A stretch of 63,268 bases of DNA, the filler included, from Pirum gemmata (lineage: Eukaryota): the NCBI GenBank assembly GCA_002812295.1. It is 26 parts of 26 records of this genome, joined end to end, with 100 filler letters (N's around TTAATTAATTAA, not from the genome) between each part and the next. Parts side by side here need not be neighbours in the genome. Positions count along the whole stretch, not along the records: positions 60,978 to 63,268 come from PDIN01007122.1; 25 more parts are not named here. The stretch is one strand, 5' to 3'. Made by a program: the position numbers and the translations under genes. The first letter of the stretch is position 1. Each line of letters begins with the position of its first letter. The notes beneath the pieces were generated by a model, which was given only the letters and a program-made list of their open reading frames with translations, did no database searches and had not been told where the DNA came from. Below are positions 61,890-63,268 of the stretch, piece by piece.

Positions 61890-63223
61890 CATTATTATTA
61901 TTGTTTTTATTATTATCGCATGATTCATCATCAGTGCCGCTTTCCCAAGTTTCACAACAGTGTTTTATTTTCATTAAAGCTATAGTATAATATAGTAAAG
62001 CAGATTTTCCCATACAAGCTTCGTATTTATCCAATACATTCTGAACTTCATCATAATTATCCAAGACCAACAGTGCTTCAATTAAATTGGCCTAATTAGC
62101 AATTTTAAAGATCAATATTAAAAATATATTCCTATTAAATAACCAGAAAAATTAAATACAAAAAAAAATAATTGCTTTGTCATAGGGTTAGAGTTGGAGT
62201 TAGCGTAAGGGGTTAGGGTTAGGGTTAGGATTAAATAACCAGAAAAATTAAATACGAAAAAAAATAATTGCTTTGTCATAGGGTTAGAGTTGGAGTTAGC
62301 GTAAGGGGTTACGTTAAGGGTTAAAGGGTTAGGGTTTGGGTTTGGGTTTGTATTTTTGGGTTTGGATTAAAGATACAGGACGACAACAAAAGGGATTTAT
62401 TACTTGAACATTTAAATGACTTCGAGATACTGCAGGGTAGTTGTTCAGCAATTCTTTGAAAACTTTAACCCCATCTTTATGACAACCTAACTTACATAAG
62501 CACATTCCCAATCTTCGCTTAGCATATATATATGGTCTGTATACCAATTATCATTAAAGAGTATAAAATTTAGAAAAGACAAATATAGTTATACTATTAA
62601 AATAAAGACATAACACTTATGTTTATCTTATTCTTATGGTAAATATAGTTACAAACTACGTGTTACATATAGGGCTATAGTTATATGAGTACGTTGGCAT
62701 CAAAAACATATGCACACATAGACACTAATAGAAAGAAAGTATAATTCATTAGCTCTTTCACCCTAACCCTAACTCTAACCCTAAATAGACTGTGTGAGAG
62801 TATAAATTATTAGCCCCCGTAGTAAAGTGTGTGTTTTTTAAGCGGGCAGAAAAATAACTCCACTTTGTTTACTCCCAATTAAACCAATCCATAATATTAT
62901 ATTATTAGTAATAAACAACTAGTGTAAGAGTTATAGGGTAACAGGTTAAAATACACCACCAAGTTACAAAAATGGTTAGGGTTAGGGTTAGGGTTAAGGG
63001 TTTGGGCTATGCTAAGGGAAACGTGAGTATTTTCAATCATGGGGTACAAGTAAACCTAGTTTCGGGTTTTATCCAAAATTCGTTAGCATGAGTTTGAAAA
63101 TAGTTATTTGATATTTTTCTCAGTCGTTTTTCGTCCGCATTAACCGCAAGACGAAAAAGTTCAGCGGCCTGGGCTACAGTTGTAGCTTTCTCTTCTGCAA
63201 GTAGTATCAAAGCGCTTGCGCAA
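61445..63223 (-). CDS. ST7: Suppression of tumorigenicity 7 homologue, four internal exons (63223-63056, 62536-62404, 62091-61763, 61590-61445)
   Basis: [44 protein letters not shown] and [40 protein letters not shown] follow animal ST7 colinearly; all splice phases are compatible. Confidence 0.93.
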
Positions 63224-63268
63224 CTATTACAACAAGATAACAACATATATACATATATATTATTATAT

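Noticed and set aside
1..63268. rRNA or tRNA genes
   Set aside because: None recognised by eye; tRNAscan-SE or Infernal would be needed to exclude them.

Overview
This window is not contiguous DNA. It is a pseudo-scaffold of 26 short contigs (mostly about 2.2-2.3 kb, one about 3.4 kb) joined by an artificial 100-nt linker (44 N + TTAATTAATTAA + 44 N), so adjacency across linkers means nothing. The source is a very AT-rich, intron-rich eukaryote with GT-AG introns, poly-Asn proteins, dense microsatellites and many interstitial TTAGGG tracts. An ST7 homologue and a tyrosine-motif receptor suggest a unicellular holozoan such as an ichthyosporean (inference only). Gene fragments I could splice or recognise: a CCR4-like EEP nuclease, S1/P1 nuclease, MBOAT, TruA-family pseudouridine synthase, DUF3431, CYB5R4/Irc21-type cytochrome b5, GT61 glycosyltransferase, PAN-domain receptor, CCCH zinc-finger protein, GH13 hydrolase, CWF19L2, ST7 and several orphans. 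Mobile DNA includes decayed piggyBac and Ty1/copia elements and at least five MITE families. The most notable observations are (1) a pre-miRNA-like hairpin at 36259-36364, (2) a long hairpin built from a gag-like coding fragment at 12630-12980, and (3) repeated 'echo' arrays in which the last ~200 nt of a gene's coding sequence is tandemly re-copied and decays downstream of the stop codon. All family assignments come from motif recognition by eye; no searches were run.
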